A stretch of DNA of 64,000 bases from NCBI RefSeq assembly GCF_009914755.1, contig NC_060947.1; one strand, 5' to 3'. Of the stretch, positions 42,756-64,000 are shown piece after piece. Numbering within the stretch: position 1 is the first letter of the stretch; the number at the start of each line of letters is the position of its first letter. The position numbers were made by a program, and so were the translations under genes. Below the pieces are notes generated by a model. The model saw only the letters and a program-made list of their open reading frames with translations. It was not told the origin of the DNA and did not search any database. The DNA comes from the human T2T-CHM13v2.0 reference genome, Homo sapiens.

Positions 42756-43950
42756 CTAGAGTAAGAAAAGGAAAAAGGTTGTGAACATGATAATGTCACC
42801 CATCACAGTTTTCATCCCAGGCTACCACTTGCTTTCTCTAATGAAACTGGGCTGAAACAGATGAACAAAAATAAACAACAATGAATTTTATAAATGATAA
42901 ATCTACAGTCGCTTTTGGAAATAGCTTCTACTTTCTGGGCAGAGTAGCATGGTGGGATTACCAGGTAACATCCTTTTTTCAGCAAACATCAACAGAAAAC
43001 CTACTGTTTGTATGACCTTGCACACAGTCATACAGGTGAAGCAATAATCTTATGAATGACAGTCAAGGAAGGGCACACTAAGAAGGAAACAGAAAGCAGA
43101 TCAGTAAAAGGGCACTAATTGAAACAGGTTTGTACTAAAATGTCCTATTTTTATCTGATACTAAAAATAGGAAACACTTGACAAGGGAGTATCAGAGGTA
43201 ACTAACCCTAAGACTTCCAGATGCATTTAACAGATTTTTAGAATTGGAGTTCCATTATACAAGGAGCAGTGGTTGCTGTCACATGTCCATAAAGTATATA
43301 TCATCTGCTCCATGGCTCTAGGAATTCTGTCTTGGCAAGACCAAGGAAAGGCAAATGTGACTCTTGTGCACTTGGAGCTACCTAATATTTTTATTAACCA
43401 CACACATGCTCCTGAAGAGGGTGAGAGATAAAAAGGGAAGATAATTAGGCTGTTTCCTGCAGTGTACTCCCAAAAAGGCTCTATGCCCCCAAACCCACGT
43501 AAAGTTTGGCCTGAAATTTGAGAGTGGCAATTGTGTTAAAAAATATTACCAGTATTTCTCTGTACATTTCAACAAACAGCTAAGATTGCATCACTTTTGA
43601 TTGTTGAAGCACTCAGTTATTTCTAGCTAGCCCAGAAAAACTTTCTAAAGTTTGAGCTCCCCCTGTTGTGTAGTTACATAATTAAATTCCACACAGAAAA
43701 AATTTGAGCACCTATTAGGAGCAATGAACTTCGCTAGGGTTTGTAAGTACAAATTAAGTAATTATTGTTTATGACCCTAAAGAGATTATAATCTCATAGA
43801 GTGAAGAAGATAAATGCACAAATGATCATAATACAAAATAGTCTAAGAATGGCATTAGAGAAGGAGAAACAAAGTGCTATGAGAAAAAATTATTTCCTAC
43901 CTGGAGGTAAGAAAGAAGAGTAAAGAGAAGAAAAAAAGTCATACGATCTA

Positions 43951-44181
<231 letters not shown>

Positions 44182-46373
44182 TTATATTATTCTCTTTGGT
44201 TGTAATTTCACTAACTGGAGAGGTTTTCCTTCTAAGAAATATTAATTTTACTTACAATTTGAAGGTCATCTTCACTGCTGTAGACAGATTCTAAATTTTA
44301 TTTTTGTTTTTTATTTGATTCTAACATTTTAAAATCTCTAAGCTAACCGCTACTTCCAACATTCTGTAGCGCATTCACTAGAACTACCTATATTTTCTCA
44401 AACAATTGCCACGATGCTTCTAAACAGCCTGAGAAAACCCTGCTGCTATTATTGATTCTAAATCAAATCCAGTGTTTACTTGCTTCTTGTGAACTTTCAA
44501 CTGGGCTGGTGCTCACTCTAATGGCCGAGTTAACCAGAAGATACAGTGCTGTATAAACCAACAGTGACTTTATTTTAAGCAGAATAGAGGAGAGTTTCCA
44601 AACTGTTTCATTAGTCGACAGAATTTCTTGGGCATCAGCATAGAAAGAATTTCATGTCAGGTGTCATACACTAAACTATGTGAGACACTTTTCATTCATC
44701 CTTCTTGGTAGATTGAACATTGAAAAATGTTTTGAGGTATGACATATATACAACAAACTGAAAGAAGTGCTCTAACCTTAAACAGCTTGATGAGTTTTTA
44801 CATGTGTTTAAACCCGTGTAATAACTACCTAGATTGTGATAACAAACACTTCCAACAATACAGAAGGTTCCTTTGTGCTCCTTTCCAGTCAATACCATCC
44901 AACCAAGGTAGCAACTATCTTTGCTTTTCTGCGTTTATGTTTTGCATCTATTTTCATGAGGAATCTTGGTCTGCAGTTTCTTATATTGTCTTTGTCTACT
45001 ACTGGTATCAGGATAATAGTCTCATAAGATGAACTGGGAATTGGGCCCTCCTTTCAGGATGAGTTTGTATAGAGTTGGTATTACATCTTCTTTAAATGTT
45101 AGGTAGAATTCTTCAATGCAGTTTTCTTTGTTGGAAGATTTTAAACTATGAATTTAATTAATAGGCATAGGAGTATATATTTCTTCTTGAGGGAGCTTTG
45201 GTAGTTTGTGACTTTCAAGAAATTTGTACATTTCACCTAAAATTCTAAATTCATGGACATAAAAGTGTTCATAATATTCCCTTATTACCTTTTAAAATGT
45301 CTGTAGGATCTCTAGTGAGGTCTCCACATTTATGCCTGATATTGTTAATTTGTGCTTGATCTGCCTGGCTAGAGGTTTATCATTTGTATTGGTCTTTTCA
45401 AAAGAAAAAAAAACTTTTGGTTTCATTGACTTTACCTACTGTTTTCTGTCTTAAATTTTATTGATCTGTGCTCTTATTTTTATTACTTTTCTTTTGCTTG
45501 ATTGGGTTTAATTTGCTCATTTTTTCTAGTTTATTAAGGTGGAGACTTAGATTACTTGAGACCTTTCTTTTTTTTTCTAATAGGAGCATTTAATGCTATA
45601 CACTTTTGTCTAGATACTGCTCTAGTTGTAGCCTACACATTTTTATATGTTGTGTCTTCATCTTCATTCAATTAAAAAAAATTCCTAATTTCCCCTGTCA
45701 CTTCCTCTTTAGCCTACTGGATTATTTTAAAGTATGTTGTTTAATTTCCAAATATTGGAAGGTTTTACAGATAACTTTGTATTATAGATATATAATTCTC
45801 TTGTGGTCAGAGAAAATACTTGGATATTTCAATAATTTTATGATTTCAATACTTTTAAATTTTTTGAAGTTTGTTTCGTGGTTCAGAATATGGCTTACAA
45901 TGATGAATGTTCCTTGTGAATTTGAAAAAACTGTATTCTGCTGTTGTTGGGTAGAGTGTTCTAAATGTCAATTAGGTCAAGTTGGCTGATAGTGTTGCTC
46001 ATGTCTTCTACATCTTTATTGAGTATTTGTTGACCTATTCTATTGATTACTAAGAAAGGAATATTCAAGTTTCCAAGTAGTTATGGATTTGTCTATTCCT
46101 CATTTTAGTTCTAGCAGTTTTTGCTTCAAGTGTTTTGAAGCTCTGCAAAATAAATCCATTTACAATAGCATCAAAAGGAATAAAAACATCAATCTTATTC
46201 ACAAGATGATATAATCTTGTGAATAAAATTCCTAGGGAATCCAGTAAAATGCCATTATAACTAATCAGCAAGTTCATCAAGATCAATATACAACAATCAA
46301 GTATTTATTTATTTATTTATTAGAGACAAGGTCTCACTATGTTGCCCAGGCTGGTCTCAAACTCCTGAGCTCA

Positions 46374-46661
<288 letters not shown>

Positions 46662-46700
46662 TTAGCCGGGTGTGGGGGCGCATGTGTGTAATTCCAGCTA

Positions 46701-46808
<108 letters not shown>

Positions 46809-47185
46809 TCAAAAAAAAAAAAAGAAAAAGAAAGAATTAGTGTGTACGTTTATAGTTTTTAGTGTATAAGTTATGTAACTTAGTTTCCATTTTGTTATGT
46901 AACTTATAAACAAAAACTATAAAACATCATTGAAATAAACAAGATGTAACAAAATGGAAACATATCCCATGTTCATGGATTTGATGATTTATCATTAAGA
47001 TGATAACACTCCCCAAAATTATCTATAGATTCAACACAATCCCTATCAGCATCCCAGCTCAGTTATTTTTTTCAGAAACTGACAGTTGATCTTGAAACTC
47101 GTATGGAAATTCAAGGGACCCAGAATAACCAAAACAATCTTGAAAACCAAGAATAAAGTTGTAGGACTAACACTTCCTGATTTCA

Positions 47186-47678
<493 letters not shown>

Positions 47679-49509
47679 TCAAATAGTTCTGGGACAACTG
47701 GATAGCCACATGATAAAGAATGAAGTTAGACCCTCACCTCATAGCATATACAAGAATTAACTCGAAATAGATCAAATATTTAAAGATAAGAGCTAAACTA
47801 TAAAACTCATGGAAGAAAACAGAGGGGTAAACCTTCATAACTTTTGATTTGGCAATGGATTCTTAGATATGATATCAAAAGCATAAGCAATGAAAGAAAA
47901 ATAGATAAACTGGACCTCCTCAAAGTTAACGAATTTTGTATTTCAAAGGACATGATCAAGAAAGAGAAAAGACAATTGACAGAGTGGGGCAAAATCAAGG
48001 CATATATCTGATCAAAGACATGTATCTAGAATACATAAATAACTCTTGCTATTCAATAATAAAAGGCAGCCTAATGAAAAATTGGGAAAGGGTGTGAATA
48101 GATACTCTCCAAAGAAGATATACAATGGCCAATAACCATCTGAAAAGATGCTCAACACCATTGGTCATCAGGAAAATTAGTCATCAGGAAATCAAAACCA
48201 TAATAAGATATCACTATACATTCACTAGGATGGCTAGAATAAAAAAGGCAGGTAATACAAGTGTTGAGAAGGAGGTGGAGAAACTGGAAGCCTCATACAT
48301 TGCTGGTGGAAATGTAAAATGATGCAGCTGCTTTGAAAAACACTCTGGCAGTTCCTCAAATGATTAAACATAGGGTTACCATATGACCCAGCAATTCCAC
48401 TCCTAGGTATACACACACAAAAAAGTGAAAATAGGTCCACACAAAAACTTGTGCACAAGAGTTTACAGCAGCATTATTCATAATAGCTAAAAGATAGAAA
48501 TGATCCAAATGTCCATCAACTGATGAATGGATGAATAAAACATGGTATGCCCAGGCAATGGAATATTATTTGACCATAAAAAGTAATGAAGTACTGACAT
48601 GCCACAACATGAATGAACTTCAAAAATATGCTAAGTGAAATAAGGCAGTCACAAAAGTCCATGTATTATATAATTTTATTTAAATGAAGTGTTCAGAATA
48701 TGCAAAGCTATAGAAACAGAAAGTAGATTAGTGGTTGTTCAGGGCTTGTGGGAGAAATGCAAGGGAAACTAAAGGGTACGTTGCTTTCCTTTTGAGGTAA
48801 TAAAATGTTCCAAAATTGATTGTCAGTGGTGGTTGCACATATCTGTGAATATACTAAAGTGTATTGAATTGTACACTTTGATGGGTGAACTGCATGGCAT
48901 GTGAGTTATATCTCAATACAATTGTTTGAAAAATTGAATTTATATTGTGTATTCTTTTGGGACCAACTTCTTTTACTCATAATGTCTGTCATATTCATAA
49001 ATATTTTTGTATGCTATCAGACGTTCATTCTTTTTATTGCTTTGTAGTATTCCATTGTATGAACATACCACAATTTATTTAATCTATCATTCTGCTGATG
49101 AACAGTAATGTTGTTTCAAATTTTTAGTTCTATGAATAGAGCTGTCTTGAACATTCTTGTACATACTGTGGTGAAGAGATGTACTCATTTCACCTGAGTA
49201 TATATCTAAAAGTGAGATTTGACGGTCACTGCTGGGATAGAAACATGTTTGGTTTTAGCAGATACTGCCAAACAGTTTTCCAAAGTGGTTGTACCAATTA
49301 CATTTCCACTAGTTGTGTGCCAGAACTCCAGTTGCTTCCCACCCTCATTAACACTTGATTTTTTTTTAGTCATTTCAGTGAGGGTGCAGCGGCTTCTCAA
49401 TGTGCATTTTCTTGATGAGTAATGATGCTGAGCATCTTTTCCTTTGCTTGTTGACCATTTATACATTTTTTTTTGGTGAAATTTCCATTCAATTCTTTTT
49501 TTTTTTTGA

Positions 49510-49614
<105 letters not shown>

Positions 49615-50003
49615 TGAGTAGCTGGGATTACAGGTATGTGCCACCACGCCCGCTTAATTTTGTATTTTTAGTAGAGATGGGGTTTCTCCATGTTGGTCAG
49701 GCTGGTCTTGAACTCCCAACCTCAGGTGATCCACCCACCTCAGCCTCCCAAAGTGCTGGGATTACAGGAACGAGCCACTGTGCCCAGCCATTCAATTCTT
49801 TTGTCCATTTTTTTATTGGGTTATTTATCTTTTCTTGTTGAATTGTAAGAATTCTTTATATATTCTGGAAGTTGTCAAGCTTATGTATTGGCATATCTTC
49901 TTCCTATCTGTGGCTTGTCTTTTTCTTTTCTCAACGGTATCTTTTGACAGACCAAAGTTCTCACTTGTAATGAAGTCCACTTTATCAATATTTTCTTTTA
50001 TAG

Positions 50004-50291
<288 letters not shown>

Positions 50292-50683
50292 TGAACTCCT
50301 GGGCTCAACCAATCCTCCCACCTTGGCCTTTCAAAGTGCTAGGATTATAGTACTGTAAGCCACCACACACAGCCCCAGCTGGGATTTTGATTGGGATTGC
50401 TTTGAATCTATAGATCAATTTGGGAAAACTGATATATCCTAACAATATTGAGTTTTCTAACACATGAACATGGCATATATCTGCATTTATTTAGACCTTT
50501 AAAAATTTCTTTCAGCCATGTTTCAAGGTTTTGTGGCTTTCAGTGCAGAGGTCTTATACATCTTTCATTATAGATTACTAGGCATTTGATGGATTTTGAT
50601 GCTATCAAAAATTGTATTTTAAAGGTCACTTTCCAATAATTTCTTGCTAGTATACAGAAATATAATTAATTATTTATATATAA

Positions 50684-50989
<306 letters not shown>

Positions 50990-51120
50990 TGAGCCACCGT
51001 GCCCAGCCCAAATTTACTTATTTTTAAAACTTTATTCCAAATCACAGATAAAGAAAACCATATTATATGCATGTCTATTTGCATATACATAATACATACT
51101 ATATATACACACACATACAT

Positions 51121-51737
51121 ACAGTTGTTATAATGTTTGTTTTGAAAATGTGAATTTGTTCCAACATGATTGATATATTAGGTAACAATTAATGTAAATT
51201 ATGTAAATTAAGTACTTGCTTATGTGCAATTTAGTCTATGTGAAATAGTAAGTGAATGCAGAAAGCAGCATCTGGCTGAACCAAGCTGTATAGGAATATG
51301 CATAACACACACATGTGCACAACTCAAACTTCTATCCACTACCTCAGTTCACTGAATGTGTTATGGGCCACACTCATCCACATCTGTTGCTACAACTTTC
51401 CATCAGATTTCAGACAACCTCCTCCCACCACTTCACAGTATCTCACAAGCTGCAGTCCTTCTGATATTCACTTCCATAAGCAAATGCCAGGTCTTTTTTA
51501 AGGTAAATAGCCATATTTATTGTAGTATTCATGTATTTTTAGTCATTTAACATATATAAAACCATGCTGTCATTTTATTAGGCTCTTATCTTTTTTTTAA
51601 TATGTCACAGACCAAATTTTTTAGTGTTATACCCCAACCCCATTTTTTCCCGTAAGCCCTGTGGTCTTTATTACACAATTTTGGATACTGTAATAATTTT
51701 TAGGCATGCATATGCCATGTAACAGCAAAACTGACTA
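51121..51737. mobile_element. MER82-type TcMar-Tigger non-autonomous element
   Basis: ataatgtttgttttgaaaatgtgaatttgttccaacatgattgatatattagg...agcaaaactgact matches the recalled MER82 ends. Confidence 0.75.
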
Positions 51738-52489
51738 AATATGTAAAGTATTTTCATTATTGCTAATCCATATCCACGTGAAAAAAGTTACCAACTAGAA
51801 TACAGTATTGTGCATAGTTCTTTTTGTCTTTAGCCTTGCATCTAATCAAAACAGAGTTTTTCAAAGTTACTTAAATCGGCTTCTTTCTTCCTCACCCCCT
51901 TCCATGTGGCTATGTAGTTCATTCGTAATAGAGTCAGATTCATTTGTCACAGTCTGAATTCCATCTGGGATTCCCTCCACATCCTGATTGATTTATTTTA
52001 AAATTGTATCCGGTAAAATCTACTCTTTGTGGCATATAGTTCTATTGGTTGTGAAAAATGCATAGAATTGTGTGTCCACTATCACTGCTCCTTATAGAAC
52101 ATTCATTACCCTAAAGATTCTCTCATGTTACCCCTTTATAGGGAACTCCTACTCCAATGTCCAACCTCTGGCAATCACTGATGTGTTTTCTTTTCCTATG
52201 GTTTTACCTTTTCCAGGATATCATATAAATGGAATCATAGCCTTTTGGATCTGTCTTTTTTCACTTGGCAAATGCATTTAACATTCATTTACTTCTGAGT
52301 AGTATTCCATTATAGAGATGTACAGTTTGTTTATCTATTTCAGGTTACATTTGTTGTTGGAATTATGTTGTAAGCTCCTGGAAATGGTAGATTGGCTGGG
52401 TCTCTGCAGTGTTTTCAAAGTCATGGTTTAGAAATTGCTCCATTATTCTGAGTTCTTCGGATAGGCGAAATGCCCTTCTAATGCATACA

Positions 52490-52630
52490 CAGGGCAGGGG
52501 TTATTAACCCCACTTTCCAGATGAGAAGATTATGGCTGAGAAACTAAATGCTGTTCCTACCCATAGAAACAGCAAATTAATGGAGAGCCAGGACCCTAAT
52601 CCCACATGTTCTGATTCACAATCCACTACT
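52490..52630 (-). mobile_element. MIR fragment
   Basis: ccccactttccagatgagaagattatggctgaga...ggagagccagga. Confidence 0.6.
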
Positions 52631-53215
52631 GGAAAACATGTAAAGGAGAAGAATGGCTATGACTAGAAGGTTGGAAAATAGAACCTATTTCTGAAATAGT
52701 TGATCTGAAGAAGACAGAGCTTAACAAATGCTTTGGAAACCGTCTTAAAGCATATAAAGGGTTTACAACTGAAGTTAAAAAAGAACAGATTGTCTTTAAG
52801 AGGCAGCATGGAGAGAGTGATCAATTAGACCTAAGATGTGAAATGGGTTACTAGGAGGCCTGGAATTATTCCAGTATAATATTGAATGGAAGTGGTGATA
52901 GTGTATATCCATGTTTCATTCCCTGACATCAGTGAGAAAGTGTTCATATTTTACCATTAAATACAAAATAAGGAGTAGTTTGTTTTCAAGTTAATGTTTA
53001 TCAGATTGAGGAAGTGACTTTCTATTCCTAGTTCGTTGAGTGTTCTCGTCATGAATGGGTATGGAATTTTTTTCAAATGCTTTTTCTGCATCTATTGAGA
53101 TTATTATATTTTCCTCTTTTATTTTGTTAATGTGCACTCATTGTTGAATGTTGAATTCCTGGGATAAGCAATATTGGTCATGATGCAGTATCCTTTTTAT
53201 ATATTGCTGGATTCA

Positions 53216-53615
<400 letters not shown>

Positions 53616-53721
53616 TTAGTTTTTGGAATCAGAGTATGCTGGCCTCATAAAATCCATGTATTACTTTTTTCTCTATTTTCCATAAGAGATATTTGTATGA
53701 GATTGATATTATTTCTTTCTT

Positions 53722-59889
<6,168 letters not shown>

Positions 59890-59904
59890 TATTATTTCTT
59901 TCTT

Positions 59905-61135
<1,231 letters not shown>

Positions 61136-61282
61136 GATATATATATATATAATCAGTTAGTGGTGGACTGAAGTTTAAAGCTTGGGAAGTCTTGTGAAAA
61201 TAAGTAATGAATGTGTAGGTGAGGTATAGTACACAACTTATTCTGATCAGGAGACATTGTGCTAAGATAACTGTACAAGAAA

Positions 61283-62348
61283 ATGTCTAAAACAGCAAAA
61301 GCAATGAAAACAAAAGCCAAAATTGACAAATGGGATCTAATTAAACTAAAGATCTTCTGCACAGCAAAAGAAACTACCATCTAACAGGCAACCTACAGAA
61401 TGGGAGATAATTTTTGCAATCTACTCATCTGACAAAGGGCTAATATCCAGAATCTACAAAGAACTCAAACAAATTTACAAGAAAAAAAAAAACAACCCCA
61501 TCAAAAAGTGGGCAAAGGATATGAACAGACACTTCTCAAAAGAAGACATTTATGCAGCCAAAAAACACATGAAAAAATGCTCACCATCACTGGCCATCAG
61601 AGAAATGCAAATCAAAACCACAATGAGATACCATCTCACACCAGTTAGAATGGCGATTATTAAAATGTCAGGAAACAACAGGTGCTGGAGAGGACGTGGA
61701 GAAATAGGAACACTTTTACACTGTTGGTGGGACTGTAAACTAGTTCAACTATTGTGGAAGTCAGTGTGGCGATTCCTCAGGGATCTAGAACTAGAAATAC
61801 CATTTGACCCAGCCATCCCATTACTGAGTATATACCCAAAAGATTTTAAATCATGCTGCTATAAAGACACATGCACACGTATGTTTATTGCGGCACTATT
61901 CACAATAGCAAAGACTTGGAACCAAGCCAAATGTCCAACAATGATAGACTGGATTAAGTAAATGTGGCACATGTACACCATGGAATACTATGCAGCCATA
62001 AAAAATGATGAGTTCATGTCCTTTGTAGGGACATGGATGAAGCTGGAGACCATCATTCTCAGCAAACTATCGCAAGGACAAAAAACCAAGCACCGCATGT
62101 TCTCACTCATAGATGGGAATTGAACAATGAGAACACATGGACACAGGAAGGGGAACATCACACACCAGGGCCTGCTGTGGGGTGGGGGGAGGGGGGAGGG
62201 ATGACATTAGGAGATATACCTAATGTTAAATGATGAGTTGATGGGTGCAGCACACCAACATGGCACATGTATACATATGTAACTAACCTGCACGTTGTGC
62301 ATCTGTACCCTAAAACTTAAAGTATAATAAATAAGTAAATAAATAAAA
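61283..62348 (+). mobile_element. 5'-truncated L1PA (PA3/PA4-like), ~1.06 kb
   Basis: ORF2 C-terminus (ORF 61521..61961), 3'UTR and A-rich tail. No clear TSD. Confidence 0.92.
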
Positions 62349-62349
62349 T

Positions 62350-63900
62350 TTCCAGATTCACATTTGTCCTTTCTAAAAGCAAACCATAATAAGATATATA
62401 TTGGGAACAGGGAGATTGGACTGACATTCCTAATTAGATCAGGCACTTGGGAGAAGGAATAGTATATATCACCATAAGTATCTGGGAACCATAACAAACC
62501 TGTCTCCTCAACCTGGAACCCCTACTATATTTCTTCAGTGACTCCATAGCCCTGTATCAAAGTCTCTACTCACTGCCATTAAGGCTTTGGATTGCATCAT
62601 TAGGGTAAGCTTATGCTGACTATGAGGCATGATTTAAATGGAATGCTGCCAAAAGTGAAGACTTTTAGGATCCATTTTTATCAGAGATACTTGGGTATCT
62701 CCAGCTAATTGTCTAATTTCCTTCCAGGAAAAATCCTAAACTCAGGTTCTCCTATTTCTGTGGCCTAAGTTCTGGCTCAAAATGTACACTAGAAAATCTA
62801 CTCAAGTTTTGCCATTCTGTTTAATGTGCCTGAGGATCAGCTCCAATTGCCTTTTCTTTTGGCTGATCTCAAAACTTTCATCTCTGAGAATTTCTTACCC
62901 ATGAGAACTAATCTCTGAGACAAAAGTAATGCATGACTGATTGCTGTATTAAGCCAATGAAGGAACCAAGCAAAGACTGCCTGCAAAGGAATAAGCATTC
63001 AATCCTAGTTTTGGTGTGTACAATGGAAAAGACAAAAAATATTTCTATTTCTAGCATACACCTTGTTAAATGGCAGCTTTTATCTACTGTATTTGGATAA
63101 ATTAGAATGACCTTTCCAGTTATGGGTTGAGGAGACCCTAATATATAAATATGTAATATATAATACATAAAAACATAGATAATCCTCTGCTCTGCCAGCT
63201 GAACTGCATTTATGCTGGCAGAACATCCATGCTGGGCTTTGTTCTAAAGTTCTCAGGAGGTTTGCCTTGTTTGTCATAACCACTAATACTTTCGATGATG
63301 ACACTTGATGAATACTTTATACCAAAGTCAAAATTATAGCACTGGAGATAAGCGAAATTCTTCCTTGCAATGACCTACAAAAACTAAAGCCTTTTCTCTA
63401 TCTTCCTGTTTTTGTGATAAATGTTTAACTCATGTTATAAAATAAATAGTTTTAAGAAACCAAATCACCAAGATTACTTCTAGCCCTAACATTTGATGAT
63501 TTGCTATATATAGAGACTCTGACTCCAAGGATGCTCTTAGCAACATCCAAAAATGATAATCTTCAAGGGAGACCCAAAAGAGGAAATTTCTTTTCACAGC
63601 CAGAAAGAGAGATTCAGAAGCTGTGAGCTTCCTCAAGTAAGAAAGGTTTGAGTATCTTCTCACTATAAGCAAAGTCATCTTTGGTACAAACCCAACTTCC
63701 CCTTAAATTTCCTTTTTCACCCCTGGAAACCTGCCCTTCTCTGCTCTAAATCCCAAGTTCAATCTCCATTAAGTACTTTTTTCTAAATGTTCCTCTCCCA
63801 GAGTATACGCTGATAATGACTAAATTGTGAGCTCTCCCAAGGATCTTTGCAGAGGGTTCTCTAAGATCAAAACACTCTAAGACTAAAATAAATGACTCTC
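62350..63900 (-). mobile_element. Probable ancient non-LTR RT remnant (RTE-X/L4-like)
   Basis: Minus-strand degenerate RT motifs in the correct order: xRISLIS (~63340-63365), AGRAEDYLCFYVL (~63160-63200, cf. AGFR..STEDHCFVL), QGCML-like aacaaggtgtatgcta (63052-63067), CLF-FAGSL (~62975-63000, cf. CLLFADDL), GVHF-like (~62780-62795). Confidence 0.5.
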
Positions 63901-64000
63901 TAATGATATAATTTCTGGTGTTATAGCAGAATTTCATTTAATAAATATTTATTGAGCCCTATTATATGCCAGGCAAAACTTTAGGAGGTACGGATAAAGA

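Noticed and set aside
63080-63385. Apparent acceptor (tttttgtag|GTC) and ORF as another TEX11 exon
   Set aside because: No frame gives the expected upstream TEX11 peptide (recalled as ...EEIQTCNDIHNFLKQTG). It is better explained as a decayed LINE RT.

Overview
Primate (almost certainly human) euchromatic DNA, mostly interspersed repeats. The only protein-coding content is the last five coding exons of the X-linked meiotic gene TEX11 on the minus strand: 43992-44141, 42647-42755, 41467-41587, 19162-19326 and 18422-18514, plus a short 3'UTR. The five exons splice in frame at GT-AG sites and give ...[21 protein letters not shown]...[10 protein letters not shown]. The next upstream exon is not in the window. 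The rest is Alu, two full-length but decayed L1PA elements, truncated L1PA and L1M pieces, L2, MIR, an MLT1A solo LTR and DNA transposons (Tigger3b, MER82, MADE2, MER5, hAT). The less obvious structures are: (1) an almost complete ancient CR1/L3 LINE, with ORF1 esterase, endonuclease, RT and 3' tail, scattered over 2.06-18.1 kb by nested insertions; (2) an Alu whose deleted linker reappears about 140 bp away; (3) an L1+Alu unit inside one target-site duplication (TSD); (4) an unidentified polyadenylated retro-insert; (5) an internally deleted, triply nested L1M; (6) rare variants shared between local L1 copies; (7) a probable RTE-X/L4 RT remnant. I found no support for a wholly new biological system. 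Repeat subfamily names come from recall of consensus sequences, not from a RepeatMasker run.
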